DNA of 64,000 bases from Hyphomicrobiales bacterium (GTDB lineage: Bacteria > Bacteroidota > Bacteroidia > Bacteroidales > JBGRPZ01), in NCBI GenBank assembly GCA_041725915.1, contig JBGRPZ010000001.1, positions 2,198 to 66,197 of the forward strand. Reading direction: 5' to 3'. A program made the translations under genes and the position numbers. Of the stretch, positions 10,123 to 20,795 are shown piece after piece. Position 1 is the first letter of the stretch; the number at the start of each line of letters is the position of its first letter. The notes below the pieces were generated by a model, which was not told the origin of the DNA, ran no database searches, and saw nothing but the letters and a program-made list of their open reading frames with translations.

Positions 10123-10680
10123 TATATATATAACATTCGATAACTAATCTATTAAGAAAACATAGTCTACCGCAAATATCCAATTTAATGAAAGACGAAC
10201 ATTTTGTTCTTGCAAATACTTGTTTCCATCAGCTATATTATCCCAGCTCACTGTAAATAAATTGCAGTCTATTTATTAAGAAGTCAAAATTTCTTCTTTA
10301 TAAATTGTAAATAAAAAGAAAAAAACAGATATAAGCACCTAATTATCAACACCAAGACTATTAACCAAAATATCTATTAGATTATTGTAGTTCAACAAGC
10401 TTTTGAAGGAAAAATCAGAACCTTAAGTCTTATATTAAATAACGCCCCCTTTTTTTAATATTTATCGCTTACTTAAAAGAAGTTTTTCTATCAAAAAAAG
10501 GAACTAATCTCCAAGTAATATGCAGATTAACATTTTAAATAATAAAATTTATTCCTTAATATAGCTAAACATTATAGAGGCTTAATCTTTATGTTATGGA
10601 TAAATAACAGGAAATTCATATAAACACAAGGCTCTTCATAAGCAATATTCAATCAAAAGTCTTACGAACACAAAATTATT

Positions 10681-12054
10681 ATGATAAAATTTACTCTCAA
10701 ATTCATTTCTTTTACATTCTTCATTCTCTCAATGAATTCATATTCACAAAATGAATATACAAATAACTTGAGTATGCAAGAAAAACTCTTTTCATTAAGT
10801 AGGTTTTGGAGCGAAGCCAAATATAACTTTATTAATTATGACAAAATCAATTTTAATTTCGACAGCCTTTACTATACCTACATAGATAAAATATCTAAAA
10901 CTCGAAATGATTATGAATACCATCTCCTAATTCAACGATTTGCAGCAAGTCTAAATGACTCCCAAACGAAGATACAGATCTCTGATCATAATTTTGGAAA
11001 GCCTATAAAGTCATATTTGGTAGAATTCAAGGAGTACAACCATAAAGTCTATATCACTGCCTTTGTCCCAAGAAAGAAGTTCAAAAAGAAAAAATACATA
11101 GGTTCTGAAGTGATCTCTATCAATGGACTTGAAACAAGGGAATTTCTTTCAACAAAAATATTCCCATATCTCTCTGCTTCTACAAAGAATCACTTATACA
11201 AGCAGGCATTAGAAGAGATGTCATTTAATCGCTATACTGATAGTCTTGACCTTAAACTTAAAATAAGAGGGAGAACGTCGAAGGTGAAAATTTTCCCTGT
11301 TTACACAAAATCAAAAATCACGGATTATAAGCCTATTGGTAAGTTTTCAAAAAATAAAAAAAAAGCTATCTCATATAACTTTACCCCTGATAGCATTCTA
11401 ATCCTAAATATCAACAAATTTCATAAGAATCCTAAGTTCAAAAGACAACTATGGAGCTTATACGATACTCTTATAAATCAGTCCAAAGGCGTAATACTTG
11501 ACTTAAGGCATAATAAGGGTGGAGATGAAAATATTGCTAGAAGTATTCTGGGTTCATTTGTACAAACAAAACATATTCATTCTTATGGAATAGAAACTCG
11601 AATACATAATGCAAAAAAGAAAACCAATGGAAATTTCATTAAAGGCAATAAGGAATTCTTTAAACTTACTGCTACCGAAACCATTGATCCAAAGACAATC
11701 ACTTTATATCATCGCCTTAAAGTTAAAGTCCCTTCTTGCATTCTCATAGGAAAAAACACTTGTGCATCAACAGAAAATGCTTTAATGTATATTTATGAAA
11801 TTGCTAATAGACCTCAGATAATTGGTGAAGAAACTTGTGGCATATTAGGCAACCCTCTGATTCTTTCTAACTTCGCGGGAGGGAACTACGCTCGAATAAA
11901 CATAAATAGACACTTCTTACCTTTCAGCAGAAAGATGATTATCAGAAGTGGTATAGTGCCTGATCTTCACATTAAAGAGACTATAGATGATTATCTAAAT
12001 GATTATGATCCAGTTCTAGAAAAGGGAATTAATTTATTAAAAGAGATAAAATAA
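10681..12054 (+). CDS. S41-family (tail-specific/C-terminal processing-like) peptidase
   Basis: 457 aa with a signal peptide. VILDLRHNKGGDENIA block and a candidate Ser nucleophile region GKNTCASTENAL. Confidence 0.7.
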   Translation: MIKFTLKFISFTFFILSMNSYSQNEYTNNLSMQEKLFSLSRFWSEAKYNFINYDKINFNFDSLYYTYIDKISKTRNDYEYHLLIQRFAASLNDSQTKIQISDHNFGKPIKSYLVEFKEYNHKVYITAFVPRKKFKKKKYIGSEVISINGLETREFLSTKIFPYLSASTKNHLYKQALEEMSFNRYTDSLDLKLKIRGRTSKVKIFPVYTKSKITDYKPIGKFSKNKKKAISYNFTPDSILILNINKFHKNPKFKRQLWSLYDTLINQSKGVILDLRHNKGGDENIARSILGSFVQTKHIHSYGIETRIHNAKKKTNGNFIKGNKEFFKLTATETIDPKTITLYHRLKVKVPSCILIGKNTCASTENALMYIYEIANRPQIIGEETCGILGNPLILSNFAGGNYARININRHFLPFSRKMIIRSGIVPDLHIKETIDDYLNDYDPVLEKGINLLKEIK

Positions 12055-12233
12055 AGCCTCTGTTTATAAAAAAGAAAAGACTTATATTTAGATATTTCGC
12101 ACAAAAGCCCAGCATTTATAGTATTTTTGAAACTATGTTTATGTTTTCAGTTTTGATTCATTAACTCATCTGTCATTTGCATAAACATGGTTGTCTACCT
12201 CCAATATAATCTTCCATTAGAATTGATGAAGTT

Positions 12234-13958
12234 ATGAATATGAACAACGAACAAGATTTTTCACACAAATACGAATTTGAAGACTTTACAAGTGAAGATA
12301 TAGTAAGGTCAATATATAGATTATCAAAGAAATACAATTTATCTATATCACAAAGGGATAAAGAAATATCTCTTACCAATAGAATCAACAATTCTGACTC
12401 TAAAATTGAAATCACTACCATTAGTAATGGCATTAGAATTACAAGGTTTGATGATCAGCCTAAAGAGCTTTGGGAAAGCAAAACATTATTTATAGACTGC
12501 CTTGAAGTTTTCTTAAGAGAAGGTAGAAATGAAAAAGAAAATCAGAATAGAGTAGTACTTGATATAAATGAATCCTCTTATTCTTGTACCCTTAATTCTT
12601 TGAATACAGCTGTTACAAATCCGAAATATAAGATAATGCAAGAGGATCCTTATGCCTTTAATATTTATACAAACTCTACACTTTCTTACTTTATCTGTAA
12701 AGTGTTAATTGATTCTGATAAACTCTATCTCCTATTTGGCTTTCAGTTTGGTTATAACAAGTATATAAAGGATGAAATAGTATCACTAATAACCCAAAAA
12801 ACAGACAAGCAAGAAGAAAGCATAAATACCTCAACAAATTCCACTTACAATAAGTCTTACAATCAAAATAGAGTCAATATTCTATTGAATAAGGATTCAA
12901 ACAATAAGAACAATAAATTACCAGAGTTACATGCTAGAGGATTTATTATCACTCCTATCCTGTTTCTCATTAATTTCATTATGTTCTTTATTATGTCTAT
13001 AGATAATAAGACTTTATTTTACTTTGACCATGAAATATTACTTAACTATGGAGGGAATATTGCCACTGAAACTTTAAATGGGAGTATTTACAGGCTACTT
13101 ACATCTACATTCATTCATGAAGGATTTCTTCATTTTATCATGAATATGGGAATACTCATTTATATAGGTATTTTTCTCGAACCAATAATGGGAAAGATAA
13201 GATATTTGGCCACCTATTTACTAACAGGAATATTCGCTAGTTGTGTAAGTCTGCTATTTAATGATTATGTGATTAGCATAGGGGCTTCTGGAGCAATTTT
13301 TGGGATATTTGGGGCTTTTCTTCCTTATGTGTTTTCTAAAAAATTCGATAAAGTGATAAGGGTTGCTCTCTTCTATCCTTCATCAGCATACATCTTATTC
13401 AGTATGATCTCTAACTTCCTTAATCAAGGTGTTGATAATGCTGCTCATGTTGGAGGTTTGGTTTCTGGCCTTTTAATAAGTATCGCTTATACAGCTCTTA
13501 AAACAAAGATTAAGACAAAATATTCTGAATTAAGAGCAACTTCACTAATCACAATGACAAGTTTAATTATCACATTAATTGTTCTATATCCAAGTATTCA
13601 GTCTTTAAAAGAATACAGTCAAAGAACAGAAAAAATCGAAGAATACAACGAAAATATTAGTAACACATTGGTTGACTTTGAAAATGGAGATATCACCTTA
13701 TCAACTGAAGACATTAATTACTGGCTCAATAAAAACAACCATCTTGATCTATTATTGAATAAAATTCTAATGCATCCAAAGATCTCGGAATACGATAAAG
13801 AAAGATATTCATATAACAGAAAATTGACTGATGCATTCTCAAAATATTTTATAGTACAGAAGAAAATTAATCAGAATTCTATAGATAATACAAGCAAAGA
13901 GCTTGAAAATGCTATCAAACTATATATGGAGACCCAAACAACATTATATGCATACTAA
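12234..13958 (+). CDS. Rhomboid-family intramembrane serine protease with long N- and C-terminal extensions
   Basis: 574 aa. The rhomboid core contains HEGFLHFIMNM, the GASGAIFG catalytic Ser motif and AHVGGLVSG. About 230 aa of soluble N-terminus and about 140 aa of C-terminal tail have no motif I recognise. Confidence 0.85.
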   Translation: MNMNNEQDFSHKYEFEDFTSEDIVRSIYRLSKKYNLSISQRDKEISLTNRINNSDSKIEITTISNGIRITRFDDQPKELWESKTLFIDCLEVFLREGRNEKENQNRVVLDINESSYSCTLNSLNTAVTNPKYKIMQEDPYAFNIYTNSTLSYFICKVLIDSDKLYLLFGFQFGYNKYIKDEIVSLITQKTDKQEESINTSTNSTYNKSYNQNRVNILLNKDSNNKNNKLPELHARGFIITPILFLINFIMFFIMSIDNKTLFYFDHEILLNYGGNIATETLNGSIYRLLTSTFIHEGFLHFIMNMGILIYIGIFLEPIMGKIRYLATYLLTGIFASCVSLLFNDYVISIGASGAIFGIFGAFLPYVFSKKFDKVIRVALFYPSSAYILFSMISNFLNQGVDNAAHVGGLVSGLLISIAYTALKTKIKTKYSELRATSLITMTSLIITLIVLYPSIQSLKEYSQRTEKIEEYNENISNTLVDFENGDITLSTEDINYWLNKNNHLDLLLNKILMHPKISEYDKERYSYNRKLTDAFSKYFIVQKKINQNSIDNTSKELENAIKLYMETQTTLYAY

Positions 13959-14065
13959 CATGTTAATAGAATTGACTTTATGTCAAGGTACAATATGACA
14001 ACTATAATTTATTTGTATCTTCCCGAGGTTTTTTGATGACATATTCACAAATCAATTATATCAAA

Positions 14066-15667
14066 ATGAAATTCAATTATTTCTTTATTGTTGCTCTGCT
14101 TTCTATTGGGTTCAATGCCGAATCTAAAGCTCAGGCAGACAAAAGCGACTGGCAAAATGGAGTACCCGAAGCTTGCACCAGTGTAACTGTAGGTAAAGAT
14201 GCCAGTTTTGATGGTTCTGTTATGACTTCCCATACTGATGATAGCCACAGAACAAGATCTTGGATGGATATCGTACCTGCCAAAAAGCATAAAAAAGGTG
14301 AAATGGTACCTATGTATAAGCGTGTTGCTTATGATAGCCTTGCTATGCCATCATATCAACATATCAAAATTGGTGAAATCCCTCAGGTTTCGTATACATA
14401 TAAATATATAAATACTGCTTATGCTTGTATGAACGAACACCAGCTTGGTATAGGGGAATCTACTTTTGGGGGAAGAGAAGAATTGCAGTCCGATAATGGC
14501 CTTATCGATTGTCAGCGTTTATGTCAACTGATGTTAGAGAGATGTAAAACCGCAAGAGAGGCTATAATGATGGCTGACTCACTAACTCAGCTTTATGGCT
14601 GGAATGATTACGGTGAAGCTCTTACTATTGCTGACACAAAAGAGGTATGGCATTTTGAAATTACTGGTAAAGGAAAAGGTGAAAAGGGAGCTGTATGGGT
14701 TGCTCAGCGAGTACCTGACGATCATATCTCTGTAAATGCAAATGCAAGTACGATACAAGGGATTGATCTTTCTGATAAAGATAATTTTATGGCTTCTAAG
14801 AACATATTTCAAGTAGCTAAAGCCAAAGGTTATTGGAAAGAAGAAAATGAACCTTTCCGTTATTGTTATGTATATAATCCTGAAGGAAGAAGAACTTTCG
14901 CCTCTCGTAGAAGAGAATGGAGAGTATTAAGTCTAATGGCTCCTTCTTTAAATCTTGATCCTAATGGTGAGGTGTTCCCTTTCTCTGTAAAGCCTGACAA
15001 AAAAGTTACTCTACAGAAAATGGTTGATATCTTCAAGGATTATTATGAAGATACTGACTTTGACATGACCAAGAACCTATTGGTGCCTGACAAAGATGGT
15101 AAGATGGTAAAATCTCCTCTTGCCAATCCTTTTATGCCTTATGATGAAAATAAACTGCTTCGCATCAATGGTGGCTGGGGTGAGCTTGGTGAGCGTACTA
15201 TTGCTCGTTGGTATACTATGTATGCAACCATCATTCAATGCCGTGAGTGGTTACCTGATGCTATTGGTGGCCTTGTTTGGTTAGCTCAAGATAATGTCGC
15301 TACTTCTATCTATGTACCTATCTATTGTCAGGATACTGATGTGGCAAAGCCTTACAAAGTTCCGGGGAGACCTAATGGATATACTACAGAGTCTGCATGG
15401 TGGGCGTTCAATCGTCTTGGTACTCTTACTGCTCAGCGTTGGGGAGAGATGAGACATGATGTCGACAATGTATGGATTCCTTGGCAAACAGAACTATTCG
15501 ACAATCAAAAGAAGATAGAAGCTGAAGCTTTAAGCTTATATGAAAAGAAACCTAAAAGGGCTATCGAATTCCTTACCAATTATAGCATAAAGTGGGGTGA
15601 TAAGGTTGTGAAAAGAGCCTGGAAACTTGGTGATGAATTATGGACTAAATATGATGAGAAATTCTAG
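14066..15667 (+). CDS. C69-family dipeptidase (secreted)
   Basis: The track ORF starts at a TTG (14033). The ATG at 14066 gives MKFNYFFIVALLSIGF..., a signal peptide. This is followed by the N-terminal nucleophile Cys context ACTSVTVGKDASFDGSVMTSHTDD. Confidence 0.85.
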   Translation: MKFNYFFIVALLSIGFNAESKAQADKSDWQNGVPEACTSVTVGKDASFDGSVMTSHTDDSHRTRSWMDIVPAKKHKKGEMVPMYKRVAYDSLAMPSYQHIKIGEIPQVSYTYKYINTAYACMNEHQLGIGESTFGGREELQSDNGLIDCQRLCQLMLERCKTAREAIMMADSLTQLYGWNDYGEALTIADTKEVWHFEITGKGKGEKGAVWVAQRVPDDHISVNANASTIQGIDLSDKDNFMASKNIFQVAKAKGYWKEENEPFRYCYVYNPEGRRTFASRRREWRVLSLMAPSLNLDPNGEVFPFSVKPDKKVTLQKMVDIFKDYYEDTDFDMTKNLLVPDKDGKMVKSPLANPFMPYDENKLLRINGGWGELGERTIARWYTMYATIIQCREWLPDAIGGLVWLAQDNVATSIYVPIYCQDTDVAKPYKVPGRPNGYTTESAWWAFNRLGTLTAQRWGEMRHDVDNVWIPWQTELFDNQKKIEAEALSLYEKKPKRAIEFLTNYSIKWGDKVVKRAWKLGDELWTKYDEKF

Positions 15668-15694
15668 TTCTTATACATTATAAACTACTCAAAG

Positions 15695-15720
15695 GCTGCT
15701 CTATGAGCAGCTTTTGTTTT
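15695..15720 (+). terminator. Rho-independent terminator
   Basis: GCTGCTC-TAT-GAGCAGC hairpin followed by TTTTGTTTT. Confidence 0.6.
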
Positions 15721-15882
15721 ATATTTGTATTCATAAAATCTAAGAAAAACAACATTAACTACTATTAACTTTAAGCTTATCATTGTTTGTTGATTATCTT
15801 AAAGATAATTCTACTACTTATTTAACTTATTAAAGGTTAGCAGGCGCTACTTATTAAAGGTTGACATACAAATTTTATTATT

Positions 15883-17973
15883 ATGAGAAAAAATTTTACT
15901 ATTCTATTACTGCTATTATCAGCATTAATAAACACATCTGTATCTTTTGGCCAAAGCGGAACAGTTACTTTAAATGAAAGATTCGATACATGGCCTCCTG
16001 AAGGATGGACATTAAAGTATAAAGCAGATGAAACATCATGGATAGCAGGTACAACTGATTCCCATTCAGATCCAGGACATGCTTATCATGATGATATACT
16101 AAAGGATTGTGATGATTGGTTGATCAGTCCACAGTTCAAAGTTGAAAAGGGGGCTATTTTAACTTTCTTCGAAAAAAATAAAGATACTTTCTTTTATGAT
16201 CAAGAGGAGAAAGATCATACTCTTATGATCTCTACTACTGACACTGAATTTGATAGTTTCTCTTTACTTCAGGAGCTCAAAGAAGACAATAAAGATAAAT
16301 GGGTAAAAAGATATATCAACCTAAGTGCCTATGAAGGCAAGGACATTTACATTGCTTTCAGATTTAAAGGTAAAAAAAGAACAATGTGGAATATTGATGA
16401 TGTTGTTGTAAAAACTACCCATGAGAAAGATCTTGAGCTTAGAGAAGTATCATTTGAAGGCCTTCCTATCATTGGCAATAAAATCGATATCAACACCTCT
16501 ATTAAGAACACAGGAACAATAGCTGTTGCAAGTTCAAAATGTCAGCTTTTTAATGGAGACGAAATGATCAATGAAATAGATATTGACCAGATCGAGCCTG
16601 ATGCTATAAAGCAAGTTTCTTTCAAAGACATCACTGTTACTAACAAAACTCTTAACTTATCTGCAAAGATCATCTTTGATGAAGACCAGTTTGGTGATGA
16701 CAACATAAGATATCTAGCTATTAAGCCAATTCAAAAACACGCATATGGCTATATTACATATAGTGATGAGTTTGAAACATTAAACGGTCCTATCGTATAT
16801 GATATGACAGACCCTAAGAATGTCGTTCACATCGGTAATCATGTAGGTGAAAATCCTGTCTCTGCTGGTGTTATTGTTGATGGCATTTGGTACGCTGTTA
16901 CTCATATAAGGGAAACTTCAAAAATGAAAACAGCTTATTACCCTGATAAATTTGTAACGATTGATTTAACTACTGGTGACAGAACAGAAATTGAGGATAT
17001 AGAAAAGATTATCTATGAGCTAGCCTATAACCCTATCACTGGTGAGTATTATGCTTTGACTAGAAATGACGAAACAGGTTTCTCTCAGCTGAATAAATTT
17101 GATATTAAAACAGGTGAATTAGAGTTAATATCAGAAAATAATGAAGAACAATTCTATGTTAGTTTTGCTATTGATAAATATGGTAGAGCTGTCGGCCTTA
17201 ATATGGATAGTGAGATAAAACAAATAGAGTTGAACTCCTTCTCAGGACAAAAAATTGGTCAAATCAATGCTCCTGTTTATTTCCTCCACCAATCAATGGC
17301 CTTTGATAATGAAGATAACATTCTATATATGAATCCTTATAATGGGGCATATAGCTATGTTTACAAAGCTGATTTCTCTAAAAATGAAATCACTGGCGTA
17401 GATGAGATCTATAGAAGTGCTGAAATCACCTCTATAGCTTTCAATAAACCATATTCTGGTAATAAAATACATTTCTATGATAAGCTTAGCAACAATTTTG
17501 ATGCTGACGAAATTCAAATTGACATATATAACACTACATATACTATAGCTGCAAAGGATTTCAATAAAACTGATACTGAAGTTGGTTATATGGATGCTCA
17601 GAATATGCCTAATGGTAAGACAAAAATCAAAGCCAGATATATAAAGGATGGTAGCGTCAAGAAAGAAATTGAAAAAGAAATTGATGTGACAGAAAGTGCA
17701 AACATTGAACTTGAAGTTGTTTTAGGTTCTACTGAACTTGAAAGCAATAACATCTCTATCTTCCCTCAACCTGCAAAGGATATCATCAATCTTGAGGCTG
17801 ATGCTTCTGGAAGCTTAAAAATTCACAACTCTGTTGGACAGGTTGTTATTGAAACAGAAGTTTCTAAAGGTAAAAACGTGATCAATGTTAGCAACCTTAA
17901 GTCTGGACTTTATGTCTTAAAGCTAAATTCTGAAAAAGGAAGAGTTAACCAGACTATCATTATAGAAGACTAA
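15883..17973 (+). CDS. T9SS-secreted surface protein (N-terminal choice-of-anchor-J/MAM-like domain, C-terminal sorting domain)
   Basis: 696 aa with a signal peptide. N-terminal block W..EGW, DDWLISP, WNIDDV. The C-terminus ISIFPQPAKDIINLEAD...GLYVLKLNSEKGRVNQTIIIED is typical of type-A T9SS CTDs. Confidence 0.75.
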   Translation: MRKNFTILLLLLSALINTSVSFGQSGTVTLNERFDTWPPEGWTLKYKADETSWIAGTTDSHSDPGHAYHDDILKDCDDWLISPQFKVEKGAILTFFEKNKDTFFYDQEEKDHTLMISTTDTEFDSFSLLQELKEDNKDKWVKRYINLSAYEGKDIYIAFRFKGKKRTMWNIDDVVVKTTHEKDLELREVSFEGLPIIGNKIDINTSIKNTGTIAVASSKCQLFNGDEMINEIDIDQIEPDAIKQVSFKDITVTNKTLNLSAKIIFDEDQFGDDNIRYLAIKPIQKHAYGYITYSDEFETLNGPIVYDMTDPKNVVHIGNHVGENPVSAGVIVDGIWYAVTHIRETSKMKTAYYPDKFVTIDLTTGDRTEIEDIEKIIYELAYNPITGEYYALTRNDETGFSQLNKFDIKTGELELISENNEEQFYVSFAIDKYGRAVGLNMDSEIKQIELNSFSGQKIGQINAPVYFLHQSMAFDNEDNILYMNPYNGAYSYVYKADFSKNEITGVDEIYRSAEITSIAFNKPYSGNKIHFYDKLSNNFDADEIQIDIYNTTYTIAAKDFNKTDTEVGYMDAQNMPNGKTKIKARYIKDGSVKKEIEKEIDVTESANIELEVVLGSTELESNNISIFPQPAKDIINLEADASGSLKIHNSVGQVVIETEVSKGKNVINVSNLKSGLYVLKLNSEKGRVNQTIIIED

Positions 17974-18026
17974 ATCCAAAGCTCTTTTTTGAGTAGAGAA
18001 CTTAGTTTTCAATATAAAATATAAAT

Positions 18027-18063
18027 CCCAATAGGTATCAAAATACCTATTGGGATTTTTTTT
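18027..18063 (+). terminator. Rho-independent terminator
   Basis: CCCAATAGGTAT-caaa-ATACCTATTGGG hairpin followed by a T8 run. Confidence 0.8.
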
Positions 18064-18118
18064 AATCTTCCTCCCGAGAAATATGATTTCGCCTAGGGAT
18101 GAATCTCAATCCTTCCGT

Positions 18119-18178
18119 TGAAGATCGACCATCTTCCCCCCCAAGAACAGGTCATCTTCCTACTGAAGATCGACCATC
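18119..18178. repeat. 15-bp direct repeat TGAAGATCGACCATC x2 in a locally GC-rich island
   Basis: Copies at 18119-18133 and 18164-18178. CATCTTCC is also duplicated. Confidence 0.8.
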
Positions 18179-18266
18179 CGTCGGGCTAATTTTTGAAATT
18201 TCTCCCCTAAAGAAAATTATTGACAATAGCGCCAATAAAAATCTACTTCAGTACGGAATAATATAA

Positions 18267-20615
18267 TCATTCAGATTTTATACTATCAATAGGTCTAGCT
18301 TTAGAAATCTCAACAAAATGGTAAGACATCACTCCTAAACTGATGATAAAACTCAGTATAAGCCCAATAATAAAAAACATTATAGAAAAGCTTATTCTAT
18401 AGTCAAAGTCTGAAAGCCAATTATCGAGAAATAGCCAGGCAAAAGGCCACGATATAATATTAGCTATCAATACTAAGTAAATAAATTCTTTGGATTCTAA
18501 TAAGAATACCCTTAATGTTGAAGCTCCAAGAATCTTACGTATTCCAATATTTTTCCTCTTCTGTTGAATAAGAAATACAGATAATCCAAAAACTCCAAGA
18601 CAAGCAATAAGTATTGACAAAGCAGAGAAGAATAAAAATAACTGCATCATAATATCTTCTTCTCTATAATTACGATTAAATCGTTCTTCAAGATGATAGT
18701 AGTTGAAATCAGAATTCTTTGAGAAGTCAATATATTTCTTTTCAAGGAAGTCAATGCCAGAATTAAAGTTATCATCAGAGATTCTTACTGCCATCCAATC
18801 AATTCTTTTCTTGTTCTTCCCACAATATAAAGCCAATGGCTTGATACTTTCACTTACAGGCATAAAATTAAAATCTTTCATCACTCCAATAATATCTTCT
18901 CTGCCTATCTTCTTGTTAAGAGCTTTCCCGTCTTTAAACAATTTCAAAGCTGCTTGATTCACTACATACTCACCTTTATTACTCCAGTTAGGATTAGGAT
19001 CAAAATTTCTTCCTTCTAACAACTTTATCTTTAGAGTTTCAATAAATTTATCATCAGTATTGATGATTGGAATCTTCATATCTTCACCTTCAATATCAGT
19101 AAAAATAAAATCCTCAATACTACCGGGATAACCCGAACAATAACTAACAGCTTCTATATCGGGACTAGAAAGCAACTCATACTTTAAGCCTGAACTATTA
19201 TTTATCATAGAGCTATTCACTCTGAACATTACAATACTTGATTTCTCAAAGCCAAGATCTTTATTTTTCATATGCCTTACCTGACTATAAATCACCAATG
19301 TGCAAACAATCAAAAATACAGAAATGACAAACTGCATAATCACAAGAATCCTCCTGAATAATAAACCTTCAGAACTCTTCCTCAGACTGCCTTTCATCAC
19401 ATTTACAGGTTTATAGCTGGAAAGAATAATGGCAGGATATATACTTGTTAATGCCGATAATAAAAATACAGAGATAAAGAAATAAAGGAATATGTGCACA
19501 TCCTCATATATATGCAATTCAATACGGTCAGGCAACAAGTTTCTTATAAATGGCATCGAGATCTCCAATAGAACAATGCTCAGGAAAAAGCTGATAACTC
19601 CAAGTATTAATGTTTCAATCAGCACAGAGAATACCAATGATTTACGACCAGCACCCAAGACTTTGCAAATCATAATCTCTTTGGCTCTTTGAATAGTAAT
19701 TGCTGTCTTTATGTTGATATAATTGAAAGAAGCGACAAGGATAACCAAGATAGCAATAGCAGCAAACAGCAATGTCATCTTTTTGTCTCCCTTCGGATTC
19801 CAATCGCTTGCCCCTTCGAAATACATATCATCTAAAGGCATCAACCTAAATTTACTCCTCTTAATGAAAGAATAGTTCTCTTCACATTCCTTATCAATTA
19901 CAGATAGAATCTTATGCGATACTTTATCAAAGTCGATATTTGGCTTCAATAATATATAAGTAAGATAATTGATACTAATATTATTTGTGATTTTATTATA
20001 TACAGTATCCTTTTTCAAGACCTTAAGAGCTTTATCATTCATAATGATATCAGCTTTTATAGAAGTATTGCTCTTGAAATTCTTCATCAAGGCCGAGATT
20101 AGGTAATCCTTCTGATCCTTTCCCCCATTGACTTTAACCCTTAAAGTCTTTCCTACAGGATTCTCATCACCAAAATAATACTCTGCCGCATCCTCGCTAA
20201 TAATGATATTATCATCTTTTATCGGATTGGAAGCATCCAACCGATCAATAAAATCACATGTAAACAACTTGAGGTAATTAGTATCAGTAATAAGAGTACG
20301 GAATGATTTTCTTTTTTCATCTCTATGGAATACACAACTATTCGAGGTGGTAGTAACGGTGACTTCCTCTATTTCAGGAACTTCTTGCTTCAATTGCTTG
20401 CTGATCAGCCAAGGGAGAGTAGCCCCATTATCTGTTTCCAAGCGATAAATCCTATGCCTATTTTCATGCTGATCATCAGATGAGAATTCATGATTTACCA
20501 GTAAAAAAATGGCCATAGCCACAGTAAAAGAAAGAGTTAAACCTATAATGTTAATAATATTCATTCGCCTGTAAACCCATAAAAGGCGCAGTATATTCTT
20601 TAAATATTTTGCCAT
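18267..20615 (-). CDS. ABC transporter permease, FtsX/MacB-like
   Basis: 782 aa. N-terminal TM, MacB-type periplasmic domain and two FtsX 4-TM modules (KVLGAGRKSLV, KILGASTLRVF). Confidence 0.9.
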   Translation of the reverse strand: MAKYLKNILRLLWVYRRMNIINIIGLTLSFTVAMAIFLLVNHEFSSDDQHENRHRIYRLETDNGATLPWLISKQLKQEVPEIEEVTVTTTSNSCVFHRDEKRKSFRTLITDTNYLKLFTCDFIDRLDASNPIKDDNIIISEDAAEYYFGDENPVGKTLRVKVNGGKDQKDYLISALMKNFKSNTSIKADIIMNDKALKVLKKDTVYNKITNNISINYLTYILLKPNIDFDKVSHKILSVIDKECEENYSFIKRSKFRLMPLDDMYFEGASDWNPKGDKKMTLLFAAIAILVILVASFNYINIKTAITIQRAKEIMICKVLGAGRKSLVFSVLIETLILGVISFFLSIVLLEISMPFIRNLLPDRIELHIYEDVHIFLYFFISVFLLSALTSIYPAIILSSYKPVNVMKGSLRKSSEGLLFRRILVIMQFVISVFLIVCTLVIYSQVRHMKNKDLGFEKSSIVMFRVNSSMINNSSGLKYELLSSPDIEAVSYCSGYPGSIEDFIFTDIEGEDMKIPIINTDDKFIETLKIKLLEGRNFDPNPNWSNKGEYVVNQAALKLFKDGKALNKKIGREDIIGVMKDFNFMPVSESIKPLALYCGKNKKRIDWMAVRISDDNFNSGIDFLEKKYIDFSKNSDFNYYHLEERFNRNYREEDIMMQLFLFFSALSILIACLGVFGLSVFLIQQKRKNIGIRKILGASTLRVFLLESKEFIYLVLIANIISWPFAWLFLDNWLSDFDYRISFSIMFFIIGLILSFIISLGVMSYHFVEISKARPIDSIKSE

Positions 20616-20694
20616 AGTTATATTTCCTGTAATAAGATCATCTTAAATAACTCAAACTATCAATAGATCTGATTATATCTATGAATAATAAATA

Positions 20695-20709
20695 TCAACA
20701 TATATACCA
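20695..20709 (-). promoter_or_regulatory. Sigma-54-like -24/-12 element (TGGTAT-N5-TTGA)
   Basis: Minus strand reads TGGTATATATGTTGA, 80 nt upstream of the ATG at 20615. The match is imperfect at -12. Confidence 0.35.
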
Positions 20710-20795
20710 ATCATTTAAATAGCTTTATTCAAGAGCAATAAACAAAAAAGATAATAAGATTCTTTTAGACAAAGTGTCCTCTACAGCACTTAAAT

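Noticed and set aside
10123-10680. Hidden double-glycine bacteriocin precursor upstream of the C39 exporter
   Set aside because: I followed every minus- and plus-strand ATG in the spacer by eye. The longest reading frames are about 7-16 codons and none contains a GG cleavage motif.
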